A DNA stretch of 64,000 nucleotides, taken from Syntrophales bacterium (GTDB taxonomy: Bacteria; Desulfobacterota; Syntrophia; Syntrophales; UBA2210). This document shows positions 8,947-17,505 of this stretch, in pieces. Every line of letters starts with the position of its first letter. Within the stretch, counting starts at the first letter, position 1. The stretch lies in assembly GCA_963666365.2 (NCBI GenBank), contig CAXXNF010000002.1, forward strand, positions 480,001 to 544,000, written 5' to 3'. The notes beneath the pieces are model-generated. The model did not search any database. It was not told the origin of the DNA and worked only from the letters and a program-made list of their open reading frames with translations. The position numbers were made by a program, and so were the translations under genes.

Positions 8947-10059
8947 GTGCGCATTTCCGAACTCCCTCTGAAAACTGTCATCAATGAATTTAATGTCGAC
9001 GGAAGTTTCGACCATGGAGCCCCCTATGGCGCCGGTCATATCCACGATACCTATCGCGTGGTGTGCCGCGGCAATGACGGACAGTCATCGTATCTGTTGC
9101 AGAAAATCAATAACAGGGTTTTTGCTCGGATACCGGTTATGATGGACAACATCCGAAAGGTGACGAAGATTCTCCGTGAAAGGGTGTATTCATGCCATGG
9201 AGATGAACTATCGCGCCGTGTCCTTACGTTGGTGCCGACACGGTCCGGTGACTGCTTCTGGGAGGACGGAAGCGGCGGTTTCTGGCGCGTGTACCATTTT
9301 ATTGAAGATGCCTACAGTCTCGAGTACGCACGAAACTGCAACCAGATCGAAGAGGCGGCCGGGGCCTATGGCAGGTTTCTGGGGGCCTTGGCACACATGC
9401 CGGCCACTTTGCTTCGGGAAACAATCCCTCATTTTCACGACGGCGCCCGCCGTTATGCCATGCTTGTCGCCGCCACGCAGCAGGACCTGTGCGGCAGAGC
9501 GGCAGAGGCGCTGCATGAAATTGCCTTCATTGAGAACTATCGGCTCGTGCTCGATCAACCACGAATCCTTGCAGCACGGGGGAGTGTGCCCCTCCGTGTG
9601 ACCCATAACGACACCAAACTGAGCAACGTGCTCCTGGACGCCCACACCGGGGAGGGACTGTGCGTGATTGATCTGGATACGGTCATGCCGGGCCTGGCCT
9701 TGTTCGATTTTGGAGACATGGTGCGTACAATGGTAGGTGACGTCCGGGAAGATGCTCCTCATCCACGCCGGCTGCATATCGACATGCGCCGTTTTGAAGC
9801 CCTGACTCGCGGCTTTATGGCCGGGGCAGGAGATGCGCTGAACTCGGAGGAGATCGATTCACTGGTCATGGGAGCGGTGTACATGCCCCTTATCATCGGT
9901 ACCCGTTTTTTAACGGACTTTCTTACGGGTGATAAATATTTCAAGACCTCTCACCGTCGTCACAATCTGGAACGCTGCCGCGTGCAATTTGCGCTGGCAG
10001 AACAATTGTCGGCTCAAGAAGAAGATCTTCATGACTGTATAAGGAGAATGTGCCGATGA
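8947..10059 (+). CDS. APH/choline-kinase-fold phosphotransferase (N-acetylhexosamine kinase NahK-like family)
   Basis: GAGHIHDTY, YLLQKIN, ETIPHFH, HNDTKLSNVL, VIDLDTVMPG, DFGD, RFLTDFL.GDKYFK. Confidence 0.8.
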   Translation: MRISELPLKTVINEFNVDGSFDHGAPYGAGHIHDTYRVVCRGNDGQSSYLLQKINNRVFARIPVMMDNIRKVTKILRERVYSCHGDELSRRVLTLVPTRSGDCFWEDGSGGFWRVYHFIEDAYSLEYARNCNQIEEAAGAYGRFLGALAHMPATLLRETIPHFHDGARRYAMLVAATQQDLCGRAAEALHEIAFIENYRLVLDQPRILAARGSVPLRVTHNDTKLSNVLLDAHTGEGLCVIDLDTVMPGLALFDFGDMVRTMVGDVREDAPHPRRLHIDMRRFEALTRGFMAGAGDALNSEEIDSLVMGAVYMPLIIGTRFLTDFLTGDKYFKTSHRRHNLERCRVQFALAEQLSAQEEDLHDCIRRMCR

Positions 10060-11879
10060 CGACAATGGCCTCTGTGGATTGGATGATTCTCATTTCATAT
10101 TTTGTGGTGTCGCTGATGGTGGGGCTGATAGTCTCGAAGAAAGCGGGGAAAAATTCCACCGAGTACTTTCTTGGAGGTCGTGCCATGCCCTGGTGGCTGT
10201 TGGGCATTTCGATGGTGGCCACGACCTTTTCCACCGACACCCCCAATCTGGTGACGGATATTGTACGAACAAGCGGCGTGGCGGGCAATTGGGCATGGTG
10301 GGCCTTTCTTCTAAGCGGAATGCTTACTGTGTTTGTCTATGCCAGGTTATGGCGCAGGTCCGGTGTCATGACGGATGTGGAATTCTATGAAATCCGTTAC
10401 AGCGGCAAACCCGCGGCCTTCCTCCGCGGCTTTCGAGCGCTTTATCTGGGCGTGTTTTTTAATATTATGATTATGGCCACGGTTTCACTGGCGGCGATAA
10501 AGATAGGCGGCATACTGCTGGGGCTGTCGCCGGTGCACACCATCCTTATTGCACTGGCAGTGACGGTGGTCTATTCAACCTTGGGGGGACTGCGAGCCGT
10601 CCTGATAACAGATTTTATTCTTTTTGCCTTTGCCATGTTCGGCGCAGTGACAGCCGCCATAGTGGCATGCAGACATCCCGATGTGGGAGGATTGAGCGGG
10701 TTGTTTCAGCATCCCAATGTAGCGGATAAGCTTTCTCTGATCCCGGCCCTGAGGGGAGAATCCTGGGAGGCCGACTTTGTCCCGTTGTTTCTGATCCCTA
10801 TTGCGGTGCAGTGGTGGAGTGTCTGGTATCCGGGTTCCGAACCGGGCGGCGGCGGCTATCAGGCCCAGCGGATGCTCAGTGCCCGAAACGAGGAACAGGC
10901 CCTCAGTGCAACCCTGTTATTCAATCTATGCCACTATGCCCTGCGTCCCTGGCCCTGGATTCTGGTAGCATTGGCATCTCTGGTGGTGTTTCCGGATCTG
11001 GCGGCAATCCAGGATCGATTCCCGGGGGTGGATCCGGGCATTATCAAGCATGACATAGCCTATCCGGCCATGCTGACCTTTCTGCCGGCCGGGCTTATGG
11101 GATTGGTGGTGGCCTCATTGCTTGCGGCCTACATGTCCACCATGAGCACTCACTTGAACTGGGGGGCATCCTATGTGGTAAACGATTTTTACAAACGATT
11201 TCTGAAACAGCAGGCGACGGAAAAAGAACTCGTGTGCACGGGGCGCATCGCTACGGTCCTGCTGATGGCAATGGCGGGAGGCGGGGCCCTGATGCTCTCC
11301 AATGCACTGCAGGCCTTTCATATTTTGCTGCAGATCGGCGCCGGCACCGGCTTGATCTTCATCCTGCGGTGGTTCTGGTGGCGTATCAATGCCTGGACTG
11401 AAATCGCAGGCATGACGATTTCATTTGTTGTGGCCCTCTATTTCGAAGTTATCCACGGATATCTGGGCCTGGAACCGTGGCCGACCCACCTGCGACTTGT
11501 GATGGGCGTTGGGATCACCACCGTCGGATGGGTGCTTGTCACTTTTCTGACCCGTCCCGTCGATATGGATACCCTGCAACGGTTTTACCGGCGTGTCATG
11601 CCGGGAGGCAGAGGGTGGAATCCTGTCCTTGAAGCGGCCCGGCACATGGGCGATCCCATCAGTGAAACCGCCCTGGCCGGGGAATTGCCGCGCGGCATTG
11701 TCTGTATGGTCATGGGTTCTTTTGCTGTCTACGGCACTATTTTTGCGGTCGGATATGTGCTCTATGGTCGCTGGATACCGTCCGTCATCGCTACTGCCTG
11801 TGCAATTGCGGGTTTTGGAATCCTTTGTGCGGTATGGCGGGGAAGAGGAAGAGGAAGAGGAAGAGGAAGAGTTCATTGA
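10056..11879 (+). CDS. Sodium:solute symporter family protein
   Basis: EYFLGGRAMPWW, SMVATTFSTDTP, AQRMLSA, AAYMST motifs and many TM helices. ATGA overlap with the kinase stop. Confidence 0.9.
   Translation: MTTMASVDWMILISYFVVSLMVGLIVSKKAGKNSTEYFLGGRAMPWWLLGISMVATTFSTDTPNLVTDIVRTSGVAGNWAWWAFLLSGMLTVFVYARLWRRSGVMTDVEFYEIRYSGKPAAFLRGFRALYLGVFFNIMIMATVSLAAIKIGGILLGLSPVHTILIALAVTVVYSTLGGLRAVLITDFILFAFAMFGAVTAAIVACRHPDVGGLSGLFQHPNVADKLSLIPALRGESWEADFVPLFLIPIAVQWWSVWYPGSEPGGGGYQAQRMLSARNEEQALSATLLFNLCHYALRPWPWILVALASLVVFPDLAAIQDRFPGVDPGIIKHDIAYPAMLTFLPAGLMGLVVASLLAAYMSTMSTHLNWGASYVVNDFYKRFLKQQATEKELVCTGRIATVLLMAMAGGGALMLSNALQAFHILLQIGAGTGLIFILRWFWWRINAWTEIAGMTISFVVALYFEVIHGYLGLEPWPTHLRLVMGVGITTVGWVLVTFLTRPVDMDTLQRFYRRVMPGGRGWNPVLEAARHMGDPISETALAGELPRGIVCMVMGSFAVYGTIFAVGYVLYGRWIPSVIATACAIAGFGILCAVWRGRGRGRGRGRVH
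11841..11870 (+). repeat. Hexanucleotide tandem repeat (GGAAGA)5 encoding a GR-repeat tail
   Basis: Five exact copies, read in frame as GRGRGRGRGR near the symporter C-terminus. Confidence 0.95.
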
Positions 11880-12035
11880 CTCATTACAACTCCATGAAAC
11901 CTGTCATGTGGTAAAAATAATTAAAAAACCAACTGAAAGGTGATAATAAGAGGTCGTTATATATCGCCGTGACTTTATAAAAATGATGCTGCTGGATGAA
12001 CAATGCCTTTGCGCAGAAGAAAGGAAGGAAAAACC

Positions 12036-12431
12036 ATGCAGGAAACAGGTATAACATTTGACCATATACACCTTATCAGTGAGAATCCTCATGCGGCCGC
12101 ATCGTGGTACGCCGACATGCTGGGGGGGACCATTGCCGCCAGCCACGAAGTACGGGGGGCGCCGCAGTGTGTGGTCAGTTTCGGAGGCGTCACCGTTATT
12201 ATCCGCGGGAGAAGGCCCGGAGAGGAAGTGGGTGTGCGCAAGGGGCTGCAGTGGGGCACGGATCACTTTGGGTTTCATGTGACAGGCAATTTCGATGGTT
12301 TTTGCGAAAAGATCAGAAGAAAAGGGGCCGTTTTTACCGTGGGACCGACGGATTTCAATTCAACCCTTCGACTGGCCTTCATTGAAGGACCCGATCGTGT
12401 TATTATAGAGCTTCTGCAGCGAAAAGGATGA
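12036..12431 (+). CDS. VOC family (glyoxalase/bleomycin resistance) protein
   Basis: FDHIHL, DHFGFHV, AFIEGPD.VIIELLQ. AAGGAAGG RBS. Confidence 0.85.
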   Translation: MQETGITFDHIHLISENPHAAASWYADMLGGTIAASHEVRGAPQCVVSFGGVTVIIRGRRPGEEVGVRKGLQWGTDHFGFHVTGNFDGFCEKIRRKGAVFTVGPTDFNSTLRLAFIEGPDRVIIELLQRKG

Positions 12432-12458
12432 GAAGAGATATTATTTGATGGAGGGGAC

Positions 12459-13673
12459 ATGAAGCGGTATGTATTCCTCAGTATAATTGTGACACTCCTG
12501 ATTCTTGTCGGCGGCACCGCTATGGCTGTGGCACCCCCGGCTTTCCAATCCGCCAGGCCCGTTGCCTCTTTCGAAGGGGGAAGTCTCTATTTGTCGGGCA
12601 GGGTGCCCATAGTGAATCTTCATGGCGCCTATAGAGAGATGGGACGGCAGTACGGGCATCTTGTTAAGGATCAACTCAAAGAACTCTACAGGATTGCCAT
12701 TGATGAATACTGCATCGGAGAGAAAGGGTTGTCCCTGGAGACGCTCAAAAGCACGGCCATGGGGCTTTTCGCGTATTATCCACAACGGTTCAAGGATATT
12801 GTATACGGTATGGCGGAGACCTCGGGATTGTCCGTTGAGCAGCATATCGTGCTTAACGGGATAGAGTTATACGGGTCACTTCAAGGATGTTCGGCTATCG
12901 CGGCATGGGGCGATTATGCGGAGGGAGGTACGCTCGTCTTCGGCAGAAACTATGACTGGTACAAGCGATATGAAGATTTTGCAAAATACCTTACAGTGAC
13001 AGTATTTAATGCCGAAGGCAGTATCCCAACCGCAATTGTTACCTTTGCGGGAGTGATCTATGCGACCACGGGAATGAATGCGCAGGGGCTCTTCCTTGAG
13101 CTGAATAACGGATTTCCTTCGGGGGGAGGGCTGTATCATTCAAACAGGGTGCACGCTATCGCAAACCTGCTGGCATTTTTATTCGATTGTTCTACCATGG
13201 ACCATCTGGATGCCTCCTTCAACTCGACTCGGTCGAATTTTGCCTTCATTATCAATGTTGCCGATAGCCATGGCGCCTGGTCTTACGAGTGGCCACCTTT
13301 TGACATCAGGAAAAGGACCGGCGAGGATAAAGGGTTGCTCGTATCAACAAACCATTTTGTCGATACCGCATGGGGCATAGTGCTTCAGCAGAATAGGGGG
13401 TTCAAATCCGTTCTTAGAAGGGAAAACCTTCTTTCATTAGGCAAAACATATAAGGAAAGAATAAGCTGTACTGCAATGATGGAAGTTCTGGACATTCCCA
13501 TCGATAAGGGCGGTGCGACCTGGCCTGCGGAGGATGCAATTCAGACCGTGTACCAGGTGATTGCTGTTCCGCAGGATTTAAAGCTTTGGGTAAAAGTTCC
13601 CGGGTTTCAGAACTGGACCGGCATAGATCTCTCGACCCTGTTTAAGAAAACAAAGAATGGTTTTATGAATTAA
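12459..13673 (+). CDS. Secreted C45-family autoproteolytic Ntn hydrolase/acyltransferase
   Basis: Signal peptide, G..REMGRQYG, G|CSAIAAWG nucleophile site, GRNYDW, TGMN, STNHF. Confidence 0.82.
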   Translation: MKRYVFLSIIVTLLILVGGTAMAVAPPAFQSARPVASFEGGSLYLSGRVPIVNLHGAYREMGRQYGHLVKDQLKELYRIAIDEYCIGEKGLSLETLKSTAMGLFAYYPQRFKDIVYGMAETSGLSVEQHIVLNGIELYGSLQGCSAIAAWGDYAEGGTLVFGRNYDWYKRYEDFAKYLTVTVFNAEGSIPTAIVTFAGVIYATTGMNAQGLFLELNNGFPSGGGLYHSNRVHAIANLLAFLFDCSTMDHLDASFNSTRSNFAFIINVADSHGAWSYEWPPFDIRKRTGEDKGLLVSTNHFVDTAWGIVLQQNRGFKSVLRRENLLSLGKTYKERISCTAMMEVLDIPIDKGGATWPAEDAIQTVYQVIAVPQDLKLWVKVPGFQNWTGIDLSTLFKKTKNGFMN

Positions 13674-13800
13674 GAGAGTTGTGACGCATGTAGAGGGAAA
13701 TGTCCCTTTCTTCTCTGTGCGGTCACTACCAGATTATTCGGTATTGAAACCGCCGGCGTCAACCTGGAGAAGATTCGTTAAAAAATCGGGAAGTGTCCCC

Positions 13801-14943
13801 ATGATGAAAAATCGGTTTTGCGTTGCGCCTGTCATCGCAGCAGCAGTCATTGCCCTCGCTGCGCTGACACCGGTTTCATGCAGTGATCCTGTCGATCATG
13901 GCGGCGTGTGGAAACGCATTGAGCGCGCAGTCGAGATTACCATGGCAGAGAGCGGCATACCCGGTGCAATCGTGGGGGTATGGAGTCCCCTCCAGGGTGA
14001 TCGAATTATCATAAAAGGAAAAGCCGATATTGCAACAGGGAGGGACATGGCACAGGGTGACCGGGTGCGAATCGCCAGCATTACTAAGAGCTTCGTAGTG
14101 ACGATCATTCTGGAGCTGGCCGATGAAGGGTATCTCGATTTAGGACAGACCATCGATACATGGTTCTCTGAAACGGAAATTCCCAATGCACATGCTATTA
14201 CTGTTCGTGAACTCTGCAATATGACAAGTGGCATTTTCAACTATTCCGATGATGAGACCTTCAGAAAAATCTATACGGAAGACCCGAACAAAGTCTGGGT
14301 GCCCTGTGAACTGGTGAAACTGGCAGTCGCCCACCCCTCCTACTTCCCGCCCGGGACGGGATGGCACTATTCCAATACCAACACCATAATCATCGGCATG
14401 ATAATTGAGAAGATCACCGGCAAGACTGTAGAGGAGGAGATAAAGACGCGCGTTATCGACAGATTGAATCTTACGAACACCTATTATCCCCAGTGCACAA
14501 ATATAGAAGGGGTTCACAGCCGCGGGTATGTCGGCGGTGAGGCCGAAGGAGAGGTCATTGACGTGGCGGAAATGTTCAACCCTTCAGGCATGGGCGCTTC
14601 CGGTGCATTGATTTCAAATCTTGAGGATCTTAAAATGTGGATCATCGCCTGTGCAGAGGGCCACTTATTGAGTCCATCGATGCAGAAAGAGAGGACCTTG
14701 TATGCAGACGGGGAGTACGAGTACGCGGGCGAGAGGATACGCTACGGACTGGGGATCATGTGTGCTCAAGGATTTCTCGGTCACCCGGGAGACGGAATCG
14801 GCAACACAAATGCGGCGTTTCACTCACCTGAGAACGGAACCACTGTTGTAATTCTGTTGAACAAGGCCCCAAATCCACAGGATGTGACGGCGCTGACGCT
14901 TTTTATGGACATCGCACAGATCATGTTTCCTCTGGAAGAATGA
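13801..14943 (+). CDS. Exported serine hydrolase, beta-lactamase-like (S12 peptidase) family; possible lipoprotein
   Basis: RIASITK (SxxK), LCNMTSG, PGTGWHYSNTN (YxN), GHPG. Hydrophobic leader ending PVSC. Confidence 0.85.
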   Translation: MMKNRFCVAPVIAAAVIALAALTPVSCSDPVDHGGVWKRIERAVEITMAESGIPGAIVGVWSPLQGDRIIIKGKADIATGRDMAQGDRVRIASITKSFVVTIILELADEGYLDLGQTIDTWFSETEIPNAHAITVRELCNMTSGIFNYSDDETFRKIYTEDPNKVWVPCELVKLAVAHPSYFPPGTGWHYSNTNTIIIGMIIEKITGKTVEEEIKTRVIDRLNLTNTYYPQCTNIEGVHSRGYVGGEAEGEVIDVAEMFNPSGMGASGALISNLEDLKMWIIACAEGHLLSPSMQKERTLYADGEYEYAGERIRYGLGIMCAQGFLGHPGDGIGNTNAAFHSPENGTTVVILLNKAPNPQDVTALTLFMDIAQIMFPLEE

Positions 14944-15009
14944 AAGAACTCTGCGCATTATAACGAATTTCAATTGAGCACCGTATCCTTTTAGAAGAAA
15001 ACCAAAAGG

Positions 15010-15038
15010 TTGACATGGGGAACTGAATTTGTAAAACT
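15010..15038 (+). promoter_or_regulatory. Possible sigma70 promoter for the surface-protein genes
   Basis: TTGACA (15010-15015) followed 16 nt later by TAAAAC, in an AT-rich intergenic region. Confidence 0.4.
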
Positions 15039-15128
15039 ATCCGCATATAATCATATCTGATGTGAAATAGGTTCAACAATAAATATCCTGTAATGCCGAC
15101 TCGATGAACCATGAAGGGCAGGTGAAGG

Positions 15129-17447
15129 ATGAAGAAAAGAAGCATCTTTGTTTTTTTTGATGTGATGGTATGCCTAGCGTTGTGCACACTGATGATAGAC
15201 AGGTCTTCTGTATATGCGGTAAGTGCCCCGTCGGTGATCTATTGCGGCAAAGGTATCGTCGATCTCTATATTGGAGACTGCGGCGAAGGAAAGCGGTGCG
15301 AACTTTACCGCGACGGGAGCAAGATCGCGTCCCAGGAAAACCTCCTTTTGGGAGGCTTCTATTTCAGCGACAAGGTGTCTTCAAATACAAAGTATGGGTA
15401 TAAGGTAGTGCAATATACCTATAACGCGCAAACAGAAAGTTGGGATGGTCCTTTAGAGTCTTCCGAAAAGGAAGTTGATACCTTTTACGTGTCGGGCACC
15501 ATACATAACGGGCAGGAATGGCTCGCAAAACTTGATCGGCTCCCCATAATGTGGAGTTCTGCAGGAAACCCCCATTACTGCAAGGGAATTACCGTAGAAG
15601 ACGGCGACCTTTACATCGCTCCGAAAACGGAGATTGTGTTCTGTACGCGTACGAGCGGTCTCTATGATCTGAAGGGGAAACTGGATGCAGAGGAGGTGAC
15701 ATTCACAAGATGGGACGACGCAGTGTCCCCTGAAGTGATCGCAAGCGGCGGTACTCTTAAAGATTGTGTGTTTCCGGAGTATGTGAAACTGAGTATCGAA
15801 GGCGAAGGAGGACATTACGCAGGGAACGAGTTCGACAACCATCACCTCTGGATTAAAGGGCAGAATCATCTCTTCGAGAACAACAGTGCCGTGAATTATA
15901 CCTTTGTGTATCTCTCTTATGCTTCGGGCTGCACCGTAGATAAAAATGCAGTGCATCATATACAGGTTGGCGGGAGTGCAAATATAATACGGAACAATAC
16001 CTGTACTTCCGTATATGTAGATTGGGGCGATGCAAACGAAGTGAGGGGCAACAGGCTGCTTGATGGTGGAGTGCTTCTGGATGAAGATGTAACCAATACC
16101 CTGATCCAGGAGAATACAATGATATGCGAAGAAGGCATTGGCGGCCACGGAGTGAGGCTCCAGGGGAGGGGAAATACGGTCAGAGACAATGTGATTCGCG
16201 ACAGATCGGTCGGAATTTACAGCCAAGGCAGCGGCACTTACGGTAATGTCATAGAAAACAACAGGATAATGGACTGCAGCCAGTATGGCATACAGATAAA
16301 ATTCGGGCCTTACGAAAACGTTATACAGAAAAACTATATTGCCCGAAGCGGGTACTGCGGAATCTATATGCTAGGAGCATCGGCCAATCAGATAGTAAAT
16401 AATGCCTTTGACAGTAACGGAGGAAACTGCGGTGACAAGTACTGGCTTGGGAACGGAGGAATACAGCTTAGCGATTCATCCGGCAATTATCTCTATAATG
16501 ACGAAGCGGGGAGCATTCAGAATATCATAGCCTACAATTATATATGGGGAAGTATCACAGGTACGGGTATTGCCGTTCTGAATGAGTATTGCAAGGGTAC
16601 GGGCATTCATGACAATAGTATCGAAGACAACGCCCTCGGCGTCAACCTGGAAGGATCCGGCGGTAGTGTGTACAACAACATTTTCAGGAGAAACGTACAG
16701 CATGCGCGGGGGGCCGCGACTCCCGAAGGCGGAATTGACAACCGGTGGAATCACGAGAGGGTCGCAGTGAACCAGAACATTCTTGGCGGTCCCTATCTCG
16801 GGGGAAATTACTGGAGCGATTATACCGGTGCGGATGCCGACAGCGATGAGATAGGAGACACCCCCTATACTATTTATGATAAGGACGGCAATGCCGTTGC
16901 GGAGGATGACCTTCCGTTGAAACCCGGCTCGCATTATGCTGATATCGCCGTAAATCCTTCAAGCTGCCGATTCGGGGCCGTAGAGCTCGGTTACAGCTCT
17001 GATCCCACGACCGTACTCGTTTCAAACGAGGGAACCGCAGGACTGACAGTGAATCCGTCCATTACAGGCGCCAATGCCGCCGAATTTGCCATTGTCGAAG
17101 ATCCCTGTTCCGGGTCCACCTTGGCGTCTTCAGGAAGCTGTTTATTGGCTGTCGTGTTTACCCCGGTCACAGAAGGTCAAAAGGAAGCAACGTTAAGACT
17201 TTCGTCGAATGATCTCGACGAAAGTCCTTTAAACATTTTACTCTACGGCGGTGGTGTGACCCCGCAGCCGGGCGACCTGAATCTCGACTGGAAAATCGAC
17301 CTTGCCGATGCACTTATCGCTCTGCAGGTTATGGTTTCGCGACATCCCGAACTGAGCCTCAAGGGTGACGTGAGCAATGACGACAGAATAAATATGGTCG
17401 ATGTCCTTTATATCATACAGGTCCTGGCGGATCTGCGGGAAGAATGA
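15129..17447 (+). CDS. Secreted right-handed beta-helix (NosD/PbH1-repeat) protein with Ig-like (ASH/choice-of-anchor D-like) domain and C-terminal dockerin-like duplex
   Basis: Signal peptide and repeated N.I.NN.I....GI.L units. GGNYWSDY.G.D.D.DEIGDTPY motif. DIAVNPSSCRFG..VSNEGTAGL..CLLAVVFTP..SND domain. GDLNLDWKIDLADALIALQV / GDVSNDDRINMVDVLYIIQVL. Confidence 0.8.
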   Translation: MKKRSIFVFFDVMVCLALCTLMIDRSSVYAVSAPSVIYCGKGIVDLYIGDCGEGKRCELYRDGSKIASQENLLLGGFYFSDKVSSNTKYGYKVVQYTYNAQTESWDGPLESSEKEVDTFYVSGTIHNGQEWLAKLDRLPIMWSSAGNPHYCKGITVEDGDLYIAPKTEIVFCTRTSGLYDLKGKLDAEEVTFTRWDDAVSPEVIASGGTLKDCVFPEYVKLSIEGEGGHYAGNEFDNHHLWIKGQNHLFENNSAVNYTFVYLSYASGCTVDKNAVHHIQVGGSANIIRNNTCTSVYVDWGDANEVRGNRLLDGGVLLDEDVTNTLIQENTMICEEGIGGHGVRLQGRGNTVRDNVIRDRSVGIYSQGSGTYGNVIENNRIMDCSQYGIQIKFGPYENVIQKNYIARSGYCGIYMLGASANQIVNNAFDSNGGNCGDKYWLGNGGIQLSDSSGNYLYNDEAGSIQNIIAYNYIWGSITGTGIAVLNEYCKGTGIHDNSIEDNALGVNLEGSGGSVYNNIFRRNVQHARGAATPEGGIDNRWNHERVAVNQNILGGPYLGGNYWSDYTGADADSDEIGDTPYTIYDKDGNAVAEDDLPLKPGSHYADIAVNPSSCRFGAVELGYSSDPTTVLVSNEGTAGLTVNPSITGANAAEFAIVEDPCSGSTLASSGSCLLAVVFTPVTEGQKEATLRLSSNDLDESPLNILLYGGGVTPQPGDLNLDWKIDLADALIALQVMVSRHPELSLKGDVSNDDRINMVDVLYIIQVLADLREE

Positions 17448-17505
17448 GCTTCGAAGAGACTATCACACTATCAGCGCATATCACCAGAAATGAGGGAGAA
17501 GACAC

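Noticed and set aside
7892..8984. 359-aa (+) and 227-aa (-) ORFs overlapping the MFS gene
   Set aside because: Alternative-frame shadows with no protein-like motifs.
11939..11995. Fluoride-riboswitch-like GGTGAT...TCGCC...ATGATG upstream of the VOC gene
   Set aside because: Loop is too long and lacks the pseudoknot pairing, and no fluoride-related gene follows; only a simple hairpin is supported.
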